From Candidatus Doudnabacteria bacterium (GTDB lineage Bacteria > Patescibacteriota > Doudnabacteria > UBA920), in assembly GCA_963837465.1 (NCBI GenBank), contig CAWINB010000004.1, positions 793,078 through 857,077 on the forward strand: 64,000 bases of DNA. The letters run 5' to 3'. The position numbers and the translations under genes are program-made. Under the pieces are notes generated by a model. The model had not been told where the DNA came from and did no database searches. It saw only the letters and a program-made list of their open reading frames with translations. Below, one piece after another: positions 9,529 through 19,196 of the stretch (positions within the stretch are counted from its first letter, which is position 1; every line of letters begins with the position of its first letter).

Positions 9529-10710
9529 ATGGACAATTTTTATCTTTTGGAACTTATCAACGAAGCCAATACCCGCGGCGGGGGATTGGTTTTAAATTTG
9601 GAAACCCAGCCGGCGGCCGTGGTTTTAACAATTAATAAATACAATGAACTAATGCAAAATCAAGCAACATCAGCCAACGATATGCCGACGGATGAATTGT
9701 CCGACCCTGGACCACAAAAACCTTCCGGTCCAAAACAAAAAATTTTAGTCACCGGCGGTGCTGGCTATATTGGTTCGCATTGCGCCGGTGAACTTTTAAA
9801 GTCCGGATACGAGGTTGTGGTTTTGGACAATCTTTCATGCGGCAAAGAGCGTAATGTGCCCAGGGGCGCCAGGTTTGTGGAAGGGGACTTGGCGGATTTG
9901 GGATTGCTTAGGGATTTATTCGCGGGGGAAAATTTTTTCGCGGTTATGCATTTGGCCGCCAGCATAGAGGTGGAAGAATCGGTAAGTCAGCCGGAAAAGT
10001 ATTTTAAAAACAACGCTTTGAATACCGCGGGACTGCTTTCTGTGATGGCGGAGTACGGCGTCCGCAATATCATCTTTTCTTCCACTTGCGCGGTTTACGG
10101 CGAGCAGGTCAAACTGCCAATTAACGAGCAGTCTAAAGTCGGCCCCATAAATCCTTACGGCTGTTCCAAACTTTTGGCCGAAAGGATCATTAAATATTAC
10201 TGCCAATTTTTGGCATTAAATGCCGTAGTCTTTCGCTACTTCAACGCCTGCGGTTGCGGTTTTGACGGCGATGTGGAACCTACCCATTCCACGCATTTGT
10301 TGTCTCAGGTTTTAAAAGTCGCCGCCGGGGAAAAAGCTTCCATCAGCGTATTCGGCAACGACTACGGGACTTTTGACGGCACGTGTATTCGCGACTATGT
10401 CCACGTTTTGGATATTGCCGCGGCGCACGTGGCGGCGTTGCAAAAAATCGATCCGGAAAAATCGGCTTATGAAGTCTATAACATCGGCGCCGGCAAAGGC
10501 AGCAGCGTGCTGGAAATAATCAGTAAAACCGCGGAAGTCCTAAATAAAATTATCCCTATGGAAACCGCGCCCCGCCGCCCGGGCGACGCCCCCGAACTGG
10601 TGGCCGACAACACCAAACTGAAAAATCAACTAGGCTACCATCTAAAGTACAGCGACCTGGAAACCATCATCACCACCAGCTGGAAACAAACGCAGAATTA
10701 TAGTTCTTAA
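9529..10710 (+). CDS. galE: UDP-glucose 4-epimerase (GalE) with a ~60-aa N-terminal Phd/YefM-like extension
   Basis: KILVTGGAGYIGSH Rossmann motif, YxxxK, and the GalE C-terminal half; N-terminus LLELINEANTRGGGLVLNLETQPAAVVLTINKYNELMQ resembles Phd/YefM antitoxins. Confidence 0.8.
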   Translation: MDNFYLLELINEANTRGGGLVLNLETQPAAVVLTINKYNELMQNQATSANDMPTDELSDPGPQKPSGPKQKILVTGGAGYIGSHCAGELLKSGYEVVVLDNLSCGKERNVPRGARFVEGDLADLGLLRDLFAGENFFAVMHLAASIEVEESVSQPEKYFKNNALNTAGLLSVMAEYGVRNIIFSSTCAVYGEQVKLPINEQSKVGPINPYGCSKLLAERIIKYYCQFLALNAVVFRYFNACGCGFDGDVEPTHSTHLLSQVLKVAAGEKASISVFGNDYGTFDGTCIRDYVHVLDIAAAHVAALQKIDPEKSAYEVYNIGAGKGSSVLEIISKTAEVLNKIIPMETAPRRPGDAPELVADNTKLKNQLGYHLKYSDLETIITTSWKQTQNYSS

Positions 10711-10721
10711 ATTTATCAAAC

Positions 10722-10796
10722 CGCCTAGTTTAGGCGGGGCGGTTTTTGCTTGAGTCGCGAGTGTCAAGGGTGACCCTTGACACTCGCGACTCAAAA
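10722..10796 (+). terminator. Tandem hairpins after galE, including a perfect 22-bp-arm palindrome
   Basis: ccgcctagtttaggcgg...ggcggttttt, then ttgagtcgcgagtgtcaagggt-g-acccttgacactcgcgactcaa. Confidence 0.55.
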
Positions 10797-10891
10797 TTAA
10801 AATCAGGTATTTAAAAGTCCCGGAGTTTTATTTAAGTTTTCCGAATAGTTCCAGTATGTTATAATCAAAATATCAAAATTAAAATATTCTA

Positions 10892-11611
10892 ATGAAAAAA
10901 TTATCGGTTATTGTTCCGGCTTTTAATGAGGAGAAGCGGATACAGAGCACTTTGGAGGCTATGGGAAGTTATTTGTCGGGCCAGGTTTACGATTACGAAA
11001 TTTTGGTGGTTAACGACGGGTCCAAAGACAAAACCGCGGAGGTGGTAAAAAATCTGCGGAACAGGATTAAAAATTTAGAGCTTGTAGATAACGCGGAAAA
11101 TCACGGCAAAGGCTGGGTGACTAAGCAGGGGATGCTCCAGGCGACCGGGGACGTCAGGTTGTTTATGGATGCCGACGACTCCACTCAAGTCGATGAAGTG
11201 GAAAAAATGCTGCCGCTGTTTGACCAGGGCCGCGATGTTGTTATTGGCTCCAGGCGCATTAAGGGTTCTGTTATTGCCGTGCATCAGCCGTGGTTCAGGG
11301 ATTTACAGGGTTCGGTGTTTCGTTTTATTGTCCATACTCTGGTGCCTTTGGGAGTCACGGATTCACAGTGCGGCTTTAAGGCTTTTTCATCCGCCGCCGC
11401 GGAAAAAGTTTTCTCCCGCCAGACAATATTCCGCTGGGCCTTTGATGTGGAAATTTTGGCCATAGCCAGGAAATTTGGTTTTAAAATAGCCGAAGTGCCC
11501 GTAAGGTGGATCAATGACGCCGAAACCCACGTAAAATTATCAGGTAAGATTAATATGTTGTTTGAAGTTATAAGTGTTCGGATAAATTTGTGGGCCGGGA
11601 AGTACAGGTAG
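10892..11611 (+). CDS. GT2 glycosyltransferase, polyprenyl-phosphate sugar synthase (DPM1/ArnC-like)
   Basis: SVIVPAFNEE...VVNDGSKD...DAD motifs typical of GT-A family 2. Confidence 0.75.
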   Translation: MKKLSVIVPAFNEEKRIQSTLEAMGSYLSGQVYDYEILVVNDGSKDKTAEVVKNLRNRIKNLELVDNAENHGKGWVTKQGMLQATGDVRLFMDADDSTQVDEVEKMLPLFDQGRDVVIGSRRIKGSVIAVHQPWFRDLQGSVFRFIVHTLVPLGVTDSQCGFKAFSSAAAEKVFSRQTIFRWAFDVEILAIARKFGFKIAEVPVRWINDAETHVKLSGKINMLFEVISVRINLWAGKYR

Positions 11612-11781
11612 TTTTGGATCCCGTCCAGCCCGCCCCGCGCGGCCGAGGGGGAACCGATGGATCTGTTAAAGAAAGAAATGGACTCTTCGGCCCGTTCATT
11701 GAGATGCTGTTGAGGACTCGCCAGGAATGGAAAACATTGGAGCGCGGTCAAAGCCGCCAAATCTGTCCAACCGCGTAACCT

Positions 11782-13647
11782 ATGCGTTCAAAATCAAAAA
11801 ATTTCCCTTTTTCCGTTATCGGCCTGATTTTTTTATTTGGCGCGGTTTTTTCCCCGTTTTCACCGGTTTTCGCAGCGCCGGTCGTTTATGCTGATAGCCA
11901 GCCGGAGCTTTTTACGGTAAAGCTTAAAAGTTCCGGCGACTTCGGTCGGTTGCTGGCTGTCGGCGGCAGCATCCATCACTTATTTTTGGGCGATAATAAT
12001 CCCAGATTTGAAAATATTTACGATTTTACTTCGGGTTATTCTTTGGGTGTCCTGGAAAAAGATTTGCAAAACACTTTTGTTTATTTACAGGCCGAGCAAA
12101 CAACCGAGGCCGCGGGAATAGTGGTGGATGACCCCGGCTTTACCACAAATCCTTTGGATGTAGACAAGCAGTGGGGTTTAATTAAAACCGGCTTTGACCA
12201 GGCCTGGGAAAAAACCACGGGTTCGCAAAGCAATATCGTAGCCATTATAGATACCGGTATTGACGCCACGCACCAGGATTTGCAGGCTATAAATTATGTG
12301 CAGGGTTATGATTTTGTCAACCAAAAACCCATAGCGCCGGGCACGAACTCAGACGACAACGGCCACGGCACTTTGGTTACCGGTGTTTTAGCCGCCACGG
12401 CCAATAACGGGCTTGGCATAGTCGGTACGAATTGGCATATATCGATTATGCCCATAAAAGCCCTGGATTCTTCCGGACAGGGAGACGCCGGCACGCTGGC
12501 TCAGGCTATTGTTTGGGCCACGGACCACGGGGCGCAGTTTATAAATTTAAGTGTCGGCGGCGTGGGTTTTGGCCAGGATGCAACTTTATCCAATGCCATC
12601 TCTTACGCTTTTAATAAAAATGTGGTCATTGTGGCCGCGGCCGGCAACGATACCAACGCCGCGGGGCAAAGCCTGGACGAAAACCCCATCTTCCCGATTT
12701 GCGATGACAACAATTACAATATGGTTATAGGTGTGGCGGCCACTGACGTGAACAATCAGAAAGCCGACTTTTCCAATTACGGCCGCAATTGCATAGATGT
12801 GGACGCGCCGGGCAAGCGTATTCTTTCCACCATCAGTATTGATCCTGTTACAAAAAAACCGACGCCAAATTCCTACGCCTACGCTTCAGGCACTTCGCTG
12901 TCCGTGCCTTTTGTGGTCGGGCAGGCCGCGCTTATAAAGACCCTTTATCCTTCCGCCACCAACATCCAGATTCGGGACCGGATTATCGCCACGGCCGATT
13001 CAATAGACAGCCTAAATCCCACCCAATGCGGCGGCGGTTCCTGCGCCGGACTTTTGGGTGCCGGCGAAATAGACGTGCCCGCCAGTTTAAACCAGCCGAT
13101 TTCCCAAATTTTTTCCGAGGGCGACCTGGTAAAAGTCAGCGACGAGAACGGCGCCATTTACCAGATTTCTGGCGGTCAAAAACGCCTGGTTTCGCCTTTC
13201 GTTTTCAATCAGCGCTTTAGCGACTCCCCGCTAAAAACCGCTACTTCCGCCCAGCTGGCCGATTACCCGGAAGGCGCTTACGTTACGCCGCTTGACGGTA
13301 CTTTGGTTAAGTTTAACCAAAGTCCGGCGGTTTATATTATGGAGGAGGGCCAAAAATCGCCAATAACTTACCAGGTTTTTACGCAGAGAAATTTAAATTT
13401 TTCCAGTGTCAGCACTCTCAGTTCCCCGGAACTTAATTCCTGGACAACCGGTAATTTTTTTCCGCCGCTTGACGGTACTTTGGTCCGCGGGCAGAAAAAC
13501 CCAACGGTTTACTGGGTGGTGGACCAGGCCTTGCATCCTGTGGACAGAGCTTTTTATCTTAACAGGGGCCTGAATATTTTTCCGTTTATGCTGGTGCCTG
13601 ACACGGACATTTCCAGCTACTCTCAGGGCCAGGCTTATATCAGCTAA
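11782..13647 (+). CDS. Secreted subtilisin-like S8 serine protease with a C-terminal repeat module
   Basis: Signal peptide; catalytic triad in AIIDTGID / NGHGTLV / SGTSLSVPFVVG; C-terminal ~220 aa carries DGTLV..AVY repeats shared with the next gene. Confidence 0.85.
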   Translation: MRSKSKNFPFSVIGLIFLFGAVFSPFSPVFAAPVVYADSQPELFTVKLKSSGDFGRLLAVGGSIHHLFLGDNNPRFENIYDFTSGYSLGVLEKDLQNTFVYLQAEQTTEAAGIVVDDPGFTTNPLDVDKQWGLIKTGFDQAWEKTTGSQSNIVAIIDTGIDATHQDLQAINYVQGYDFVNQKPIAPGTNSDDNGHGTLVTGVLAATANNGLGIVGTNWHISIMPIKALDSSGQGDAGTLAQAIVWATDHGAQFINLSVGGVGFGQDATLSNAISYAFNKNVVIVAAAGNDTNAAGQSLDENPIFPICDDNNYNMVIGVAATDVNNQKADFSNYGRNCIDVDAPGKRILSTISIDPVTKKPTPNSYAYASGTSLSVPFVVGQAALIKTLYPSATNIQIRDRIIATADSIDSLNPTQCGGGSCAGLLGAGEIDVPASLNQPISQIFSEGDLVKVSDENGAIYQISGGQKRLVSPFVFNQRFSDSPLKTATSAQLADYPEGAYVTPLDGTLVKFNQSPAVYIMEEGQKSPITYQVFTQRNLNFSSVSTLSSPELNSWTTGNFFPPLDGTLVRGQKNPTVYWVVDQALHPVDRAFYLNRGLNIFPFMLVPDTDISSYSQGQAYIS

Positions 13648-13673
13648 ACTGTTTTAATTACAACAATTTTTTA

Positions 13674-15539
13674 ATGCTCCTTTCCCGGATAAAAAAAATA
13701 ATTGCCTGCGCGTTGCTGCTGAGTTATCCGTCCGTAGTCTTTGCCCAGGCTGTGGATCCCAACGCCGTGGATCCGGCTTTTAACCCCAGCCTGCTCATTT
13801 CCGACAGCGCGTTTTCCGATACCCAGACTTTTGGCGGCGCGGCCGGCATCCAGCAGTTTTTGGAAATCAAAGGTTCGCCTTTGGCAAACACCAGCGTCGG
13901 TTTTTTGGCCGAGCTTAAGGAACCAAACGCGATTTTGCTTAAGGAAGGACTGGACGATCCCGAACCGAATCTGCCGCAGCTTCGCACAGCCGCGCAATTA
14001 ATTTGGGACGCTTCACAAAGCAGCGGGCTTAATCCTCAAGTGATTTTGGTAACCATGGAAAAAGAGCAGAGTTTGATAGACGGGCAGTTTTCCTCGGCCG
14101 GTGATTTGCAAACGGCTCTGGACCACGCTATGGGTTTTGGCTGTCCCGACTCCACGGGTTGCGATGATTTATTTCCGGGTTTTTACTACCAGCTGTTTGG
14201 CAATTATGATTCCAGCGGCAACCGTTATTTGGGAGCGGCCAAAAGCCTTATGAAGTCTTTTAGCACGCCGGGAGGACGGGGACCGGACATCAACGGCCAG
14301 GCTGCCGTTACCGGCCAGACTGTGGATATCCAAAATAGTTTGGGAGGTTTCGACAATATTGCCGCTGACCAGCTTGTCCGGCTGGGCGATAACGCCACGG
14401 CCGCGCTTTACCGCTATACGCCCCATGTTTTTAACGGCAATTATAATTTTTGGAAATTTTTTACTTTGTGGTTTAAATACCAAAACGGCACACTGGTGGC
14501 GTTATCGGGCGACCCCAATACTTATGTTATAGAAGACGGAGGCAAACAATTGGTGCCTGCTTTTGTGGCCCAGGCGCGCGGTTTGAATTTGGCTTCTAAA
14601 ACTACCATTTCTCCCACGGAATTTGCGGATTATCCCACCGGCCAGATTTACACTCCGGCCGATAATACCGTCATCCAAACCCCGGACGGACAAACTTACG
14701 TCTTTGTAAACGGCCAAAAACATCCGGCTTCGGCCTTTGTAATCAGCCAGCGCGGTTTGGGCACATCCACTCCTCTTAGCGCTTCGGCCGCCGATGCCTC
14801 TTTGTTCCCCACATCTTCGGTCCTGCCGCCCAAAGACGGCACGGTAATCCGCGGTAAAACCGAGCCGGCTGTGTATTTGGTCAGGAACGGACAGATTGAA
14901 ATTTACACCGCTTACACTTTTGCCCAAAATAAAATCAAGTCCGGGCAGATTGTGATTGTGCCGGACAATGAGATAAGCGCCTACACTCAAAATGGTCTTG
15001 TTCCGCCGCGGGACGGCAGTTTAGTCAGGACGGCGGACAACGCCACGGTTTACCTGGTCCAGGACGGCACCAGGCACGCGGTGATTTCCGATGTCTTTAA
15101 AAACCAGGGCTACAGTTACAATAATGTCGGGACTATTTCCGATCCCCAAATTAACGCCCTGCCGGTGGGCGCTTATGCCCAGCCAAAAGACTACACTTTC
15201 TTCGCGGTTGATTCCAAAACCGGTCCGCTCTATGAATTTAAAAATGGCGTGACCCACTCAATCTCGTCTTTCGTGGCCAAGCAAAGAGGGATAACGCCGG
15301 ATTACGTCTTTAGTAACGCCGTGTTCGTGGAGTGGTTCGGCGGCATTCCGGTTCCGCCCAGGGACGGGACATTGCTTAAAGGTGATGCCAGCGCCGCCGT
15401 TTACCTGGTCAAAAACGGCCAGCTAAACCCGCTCACTGCCGCGCAATTCGCCGCCGGCCGCTACAGCGCCAAAAAAATCGTAACCCTGCCCCAAGCCGAA
15501 ATAAACTCCTACCCCACGCCGAACTCGGTGACACAGTAG
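13674..15539 (+). CDS. Secreted protein built from at least 5 copies of a ~60-aa repeat (P-[KR]-DG-[TS]-L-[VI]-[KR]...AVYLV.NGQ...)
   Basis: Signal peptide MLLSRIKKIIACALLLSYPSVVFAQA; repeats seen directly in the translation. Confidence 0.7.
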   Translation: MLLSRIKKIIACALLLSYPSVVFAQAVDPNAVDPAFNPSLLISDSAFSDTQTFGGAAGIQQFLEIKGSPLANTSVGFLAELKEPNAILLKEGLDDPEPNLPQLRTAAQLIWDASQSSGLNPQVILVTMEKEQSLIDGQFSSAGDLQTALDHAMGFGCPDSTGCDDLFPGFYYQLFGNYDSSGNRYLGAAKSLMKSFSTPGGRGPDINGQAAVTGQTVDIQNSLGGFDNIAADQLVRLGDNATAALYRYTPHVFNGNYNFWKFFTLWFKYQNGTLVALSGDPNTYVIEDGGKQLVPAFVAQARGLNLASKTTISPTEFADYPTGQIYTPADNTVIQTPDGQTYVFVNGQKHPASAFVISQRGLGTSTPLSASAADASLFPTSSVLPPKDGTVIRGKTEPAVYLVRNGQIEIYTAYTFAQNKIKSGQIVIVPDNEISAYTQNGLVPPRDGSLVRTADNATVYLVQDGTRHAVISDVFKNQGYSYNNVGTISDPQINALPVGAYAQPKDYTFFAVDSKTGPLYEFKNGVTHSISSFVAKQRGITPDYVFSNAVFVEWFGGIPVPPRDGTLLKGDASAAVYLVKNGQLNPLTAAQFAAGRYSAKKIVTLPQAEINSYPTPNSVTQ

Positions 15540-15627
15540 GTTTAATCTCCGTTGTCCAAAGCGGAAGCCTAACCAACTTTAAGTTTGCTCCATTGAACAT
15601 AGTTGATAAATCTGATAAACTGGAAAT

Positions 15628-16233
15628 ATGAATATTTTGCCTGAAGCAAGCTATAAAAAGACCACGCAGGTATTGAATTTTTTTGCCCAAAAAAAAGACG
15701 GCAAGATAAATAGGATGAAGGCTATTAAGCTGGTGTATCTTGCCGATCGTTTGCATTTACGCAAGTATGGCCGTCCTATTGTCGGCGATATTTATTGGGC
15801 GATGAAATTGGGCCCTGTTGGCTAACGCGCGAAAGATGCCGCCGAACTTGCGGATATACCGCCGGGTGTTTTTAGTTATGTAAAAAAATATATTCAGCCT
15901 GTCGACGGGAAAAAACAGATTTTTTCTTCCCTAAAATCCCCGGATTTGGATATTTTTTCAAAAACAGACATAGAATGTTTGGAAGCGGTTTTTGCCAAGT
16001 TTTCCGACAAAGACCAATTTGAACTCGCGGATTACACCCACACTTTAAACGAATGGCTCAAACATAAAAAAGAATTGGATAGCGGGAAAAAAAGAGTTAG
16101 GATGGATTACGACGATTTTTTTACGGATAGTCCAAAAGAAGACGATTTTTTTTCCGAAAATAAAACGGACTTATCTTTATCCAAAGAATCTTTTGATGAA
16201 TTAAAAGGAGTCCTGGAATTTTTTGCGAAATAA
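15628..16233 (+). pseudogene. Panacea (DUF4065/SocA-like) antitoxin-domain gene interrupted by an in-frame TAA at 15823-15825
   Basis: ORFs 15628..15825 and 15946..16233 share a frame and are separated by one stop; KLVYLADRLHLRKYGRPIVGDIYWAMKLGPV is the Panacea core. Confidence 0.55.
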
Positions 16234-16245
16234 TTTTTAAATCCA

Positions 16246-16689
16246 ATGGAAATACCCCCTAAAGTCAGAATTCCATTGCGCGTTGAGCAGGGTTCCGTCT
16301 TTATTTTTTACATCGATTTTGGAGACGCGAAAAGACAGTCAAAGAATCGCTATTTTGTAGTTCTAAGTCAGGAGCCGAAGACTGATACCGCTTTGACTAT
16401 GGTTACCTCTACAACGCAAATATCAAAAAAGTTCGAGTACGTAACCAGGATGGGTATTAGCGAAAAAACGATTGTAGAAATTACAGCCAAAGAATACTCC
16501 GTGTTTGGTTCCAGTAGCTGTTTTAATTGTAATGACGTTTTTGAGGTAAGTTTGAGAGATTTGATCCGCAAAGTTGAAGAAAACGGCTCGGATAATTATC
16601 CCAAAATGCCGTCTCATTTACTTTTAAAACTTATAGATGGGGTAAAAACAAGCCCTCGTGTTCCGGAGGAGTTAAAAAAGATGATCTAA
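16246..16689 (+). CDS. MazF/PemK-fold toxin-like protein, candidate toxin partner of the upstream Panacea gene
   Basis: QGSVFIFYIDFGDAKRQSKNRYFVVLSQEP...MVTSTTQ parallels MazF GDLIWVDFDP...RPAVVLS...VPCTTQ. Confidence 0.5.
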   Translation: MEIPPKVRIPLRVEQGSVFIFYIDFGDAKRQSKNRYFVVLSQEPKTDTALTMVTSTTQISKKFEYVTRMGISEKTIVEITAKEYSVFGSSSCFNCNDVFEVSLRDLIRKVEENGSDNYPKMPSHLLLKLIDGVKTSPRVPEELKKMI

Positions 16690-16899
16690 AAAATTATCGA
16701 TAATCAAAGCTGTTTTTTTCTAAGAAGATGTTTAAAAAGTGCTTTGTAGGCGAAATTACAGAATTTTGCGCGGATTGACGGAAACAAATTTTGACGTTTA
16801 GCCTAAAGCTAAGCGGAAAAATTTTTTCCGGCAAGGCGCCAAACATTCTGGAATTGCGGCCCAAATGACTTTTTAAACAGCTTCTAAGCGAAAAAGCTA

Positions 16900-18345
16900 A
16901 TGAGTTCCCATATTTCCAAAAATATTTTCTGGCTCACGGCCAGCAGAGTGGCGGCGCTGGTTTTGCTGGCGCTGGCTTATTTTGCCCTGTTTAGGTATTT
17001 AAAGCCTTTTGGCTCCGGCGAGTATCAGTTTGTCCTGTCTTACGTGCTGCTGTTTTCCACTGTCGTGGATTTTGGCATTCAGCAGTTTATCACCAAAAAA
17101 ATCAGCGAAGACCCCAGCCGGACCCGCGAATATTTCCAGGAATTTTTTGCCTTTGAAACCGTCATCGCGTTTTCGCTGTACGTTTTGCTTATGATTGTGG
17201 CTTTTTTGCGCCACTACGACCGGACCATCATAGAAGCCATCAGCGTTGCCGGCATAGGCATGGTGGCCAACGCTTTGACTTATCCGTTTTTAGCTGTCAT
17301 GGCCGCTTTCCAGGATTTGCGTAAAGTCGCTTTTATCAATTTTTTAAATTCGCTGGTCAACGTCGGCGTAATTTTCGCGGCCATTATTTTTCACCGCTAC
17401 ATTGTATTTTTATCCTCCGTCCAGGTAATTTTTGGCCTTTTGGATTTGGCCCTGTACCGTTTTTATATTAAGAAGTATATTGCCAACCCCCAAGCCTGGA
17501 AGTCGGCCTTTAAATTTGATTTCCACCTTATAAAAAATATTCTAAAACAAGGCTGGCCGTTTGCTTTGCTGGTCGGCTTTAGCGCCATTTATAACAGGAT
17601 AGATGTAATTTTAATTTCCGCCATCAAGGGCTATACCCAAACCGGTTTGTATACCGCGGCCTATAAAATATTTGATTTGCTCGGATTTTTCCCGTCCGTG
17701 GTTTCCTATACTTTATTCCCGTTTTTTTCCGGATTAATGGCCAAAAAAGCAATAGCGGAAGTTAAGGAAAACTTGGAAAAATATTTGCGGCTGATGCTGG
17801 CGGGAGCCCTGCCCATGGCCATTGGCGGAATGCTTTTGTCCTCAAAATTAATCGGCCTGGTGGCCGGGCCCGGCTATGGGCCTGCCGCGCCGGTTTTGGC
17901 CATTTTAATTTGGGCGCCCGCGATTTTATTCGTTTACATCCCTTTAAATTCTTTGGTCATTTCGCAGCTGACAAAAAAAGCGGTTTTAATAACCGGTATT
18001 AATGTTATTGTTAACACGGTGGGAAATTTAATTTTAATCCCGCGTTTCGGCATCAGGGCTTCGGCCGTCATGACGGTAGTTTCCGAAAGCCTGCAAGGAG
18101 CATTTTATTTTTACTTTGTGCGGAAAAATATCACCAAGTTCAGTTTCTTGCCCATTTTATACAAGCCGTTAATCGCATCTTTGGTAATGGGTTTTTTGCT
18201 CTGGCCGGTGCGGTTTAAGCCTCTGGCTTTAACTTTACCTTTTGGCGCGGGAGTATATGTCGTGGCGCTGCTGCTGCTGGGTTTTATAAAAAAAGGCGAC
18301 TGGTTGTTCATAAAAAGTTTGTTTGGCAACAAAATTCCGGCGTAA
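16900..18345 (+). CDS. Wzx-like MOP-superfamily polysaccharide/oligosaccharide flippase
   Basis: 481 aa, ~12-14 TM helices, PST-family architecture. Confidence 0.8.
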   Translation: MSSHISKNIFWLTASRVAALVLLALAYFALFRYLKPFGSGEYQFVLSYVLLFSTVVDFGIQQFITKKISEDPSRTREYFQEFFAFETVIAFSLYVLLMIVAFLRHYDRTIIEAISVAGIGMVANALTYPFLAVMAAFQDLRKVAFINFLNSLVNVGVIFAAIIFHRYIVFLSSVQVIFGLLDLALYRFYIKKYIANPQAWKSAFKFDFHLIKNILKQGWPFALLVGFSAIYNRIDVILISAIKGYTQTGLYTAAYKIFDLLGFFPSVVSYTLFPFFSGLMAKKAIAEVKENLEKYLRLMLAGALPMAIGGMLLSSKLIGLVAGPGYGPAAPVLAILIWAPAILFVYIPLNSLVISQLTKKAVLITGINVIVNTVGNLILIPRFGIRASAVMTVVSESLQGAFYFYFVRKNITKFSFLPILYKPLIASLVMGFLLWPVRFKPLALTLPFGAGVYVVALLLLGFIKKGDWLFIKSLFGNKIPA

Positions 18346-18387
18346 GCAAATGGAATTAAAAGTTAAGACAGAATTTCCTACTTTCAT

Positions 18388-18810
18388 ATGCCCCCCACCC
18401 GCGTAATGGTTTTTGGCACCTTTGATGTTTTGCATAACGGCCACCTGGATTTTTTTAAGCAGGCCAGAAAATTGGCAAAGCGCCCGTTTTTAATAGTATC
18501 GGTTGCTCGCGACGCGAACGTCAAAAAAATCAAAGGCCAAAAACCCCTGTTTCCTGAAAAATTCCGCCTGCGCCGCGTACGGCAGTCAAAATTGGTTGAC
18601 CGGGCGGTTTTGGGCGGCCTAAACAATTATCTCCCGCACATTATCAGACAAAAACCCCGGATTATTGCTTTGGGCTATGACCAAAAAGCTTATGTTAAGG
18701 GTTTAAAATATTTGCTTTCGCAAAATGGCTTAAGAATAAAAATATTCCGCTTAAAACCGCATAAGCGACATGTATATAAAAGCTCCTTGTTAAAAAAGCG
18801 GGTTTTGTGA
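18388..18810 (+). CDS. Cytidylyltransferase-like nucleotidyltransferase (RibL/TagD-like, HxGH class)
   Basis: GTFDVLHNGHLDFF (HxGH motif); 140 aa. Confidence 0.65.
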   Translation: MPPTRVMVFGTFDVLHNGHLDFFKQARKLAKRPFLIVSVARDANVKKIKGQKPLFPEKFRLRRVRQSKLVDRAVLGGLNNYLPHIIRQKPRIIALGYDQKAYVKGLKYLLSQNGLRIKIFRLKPHKRHVYKSSLLKKRVL

Positions 18811-18870
18811 TATAATGGTTATGAATATTTTAAAATCATTAATTTAAAATAGGTTCTAAAAAATAAAAAA

Positions 18871-19101
18871 ATGCCAACAAACGAAGCCAATAAAAATACC
18901 AAGCATATAAGCACTTTTTGGGCTATGTTTATGGTTTTTGTGGTCACCGCGGTAGCCGGGGGAGTAATTTATTTTTATGCCAGAAATAACCAGTTCCAGG
19001 AAGATCTTTACTCCATAAGTTTTTCCTCGCCGGTGCATTTCCGCAAAGACCATCAGCCCAAAGCTAAAGCCCCTGTTCAAAAAACCATACCTGTAAAATA
19101 A
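18871..19101 (+). CDS. Small single-TM protein, hypothetical
   Basis: 76-aa ORF with one hydrophobic helix, followed by a terminator. Confidence 0.35.
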   Translation: MPTNEANKNTKHISTFWAMFMVFVVTAVAGGVIYFYARNNQFQEDLYSISFSSPVHFRKDHQPKAKAPVQKTIPVK

Positions 19102-19116
19102 ACATCCAAAAAATGG

Positions 19117-19155
19117 CAAAACCGCCCTTGAATTAGAGTTACGGGCGGTTTTTTG
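19117..19155 (+). terminator. Rho-independent terminator
   Basis: aaaaccgccc...gggcggtttttt. Confidence 0.65.
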
Positions 19156-19196
19156 TTATAATACGGGGACTTCCCCGCGTTTAAATTTAACTTATC

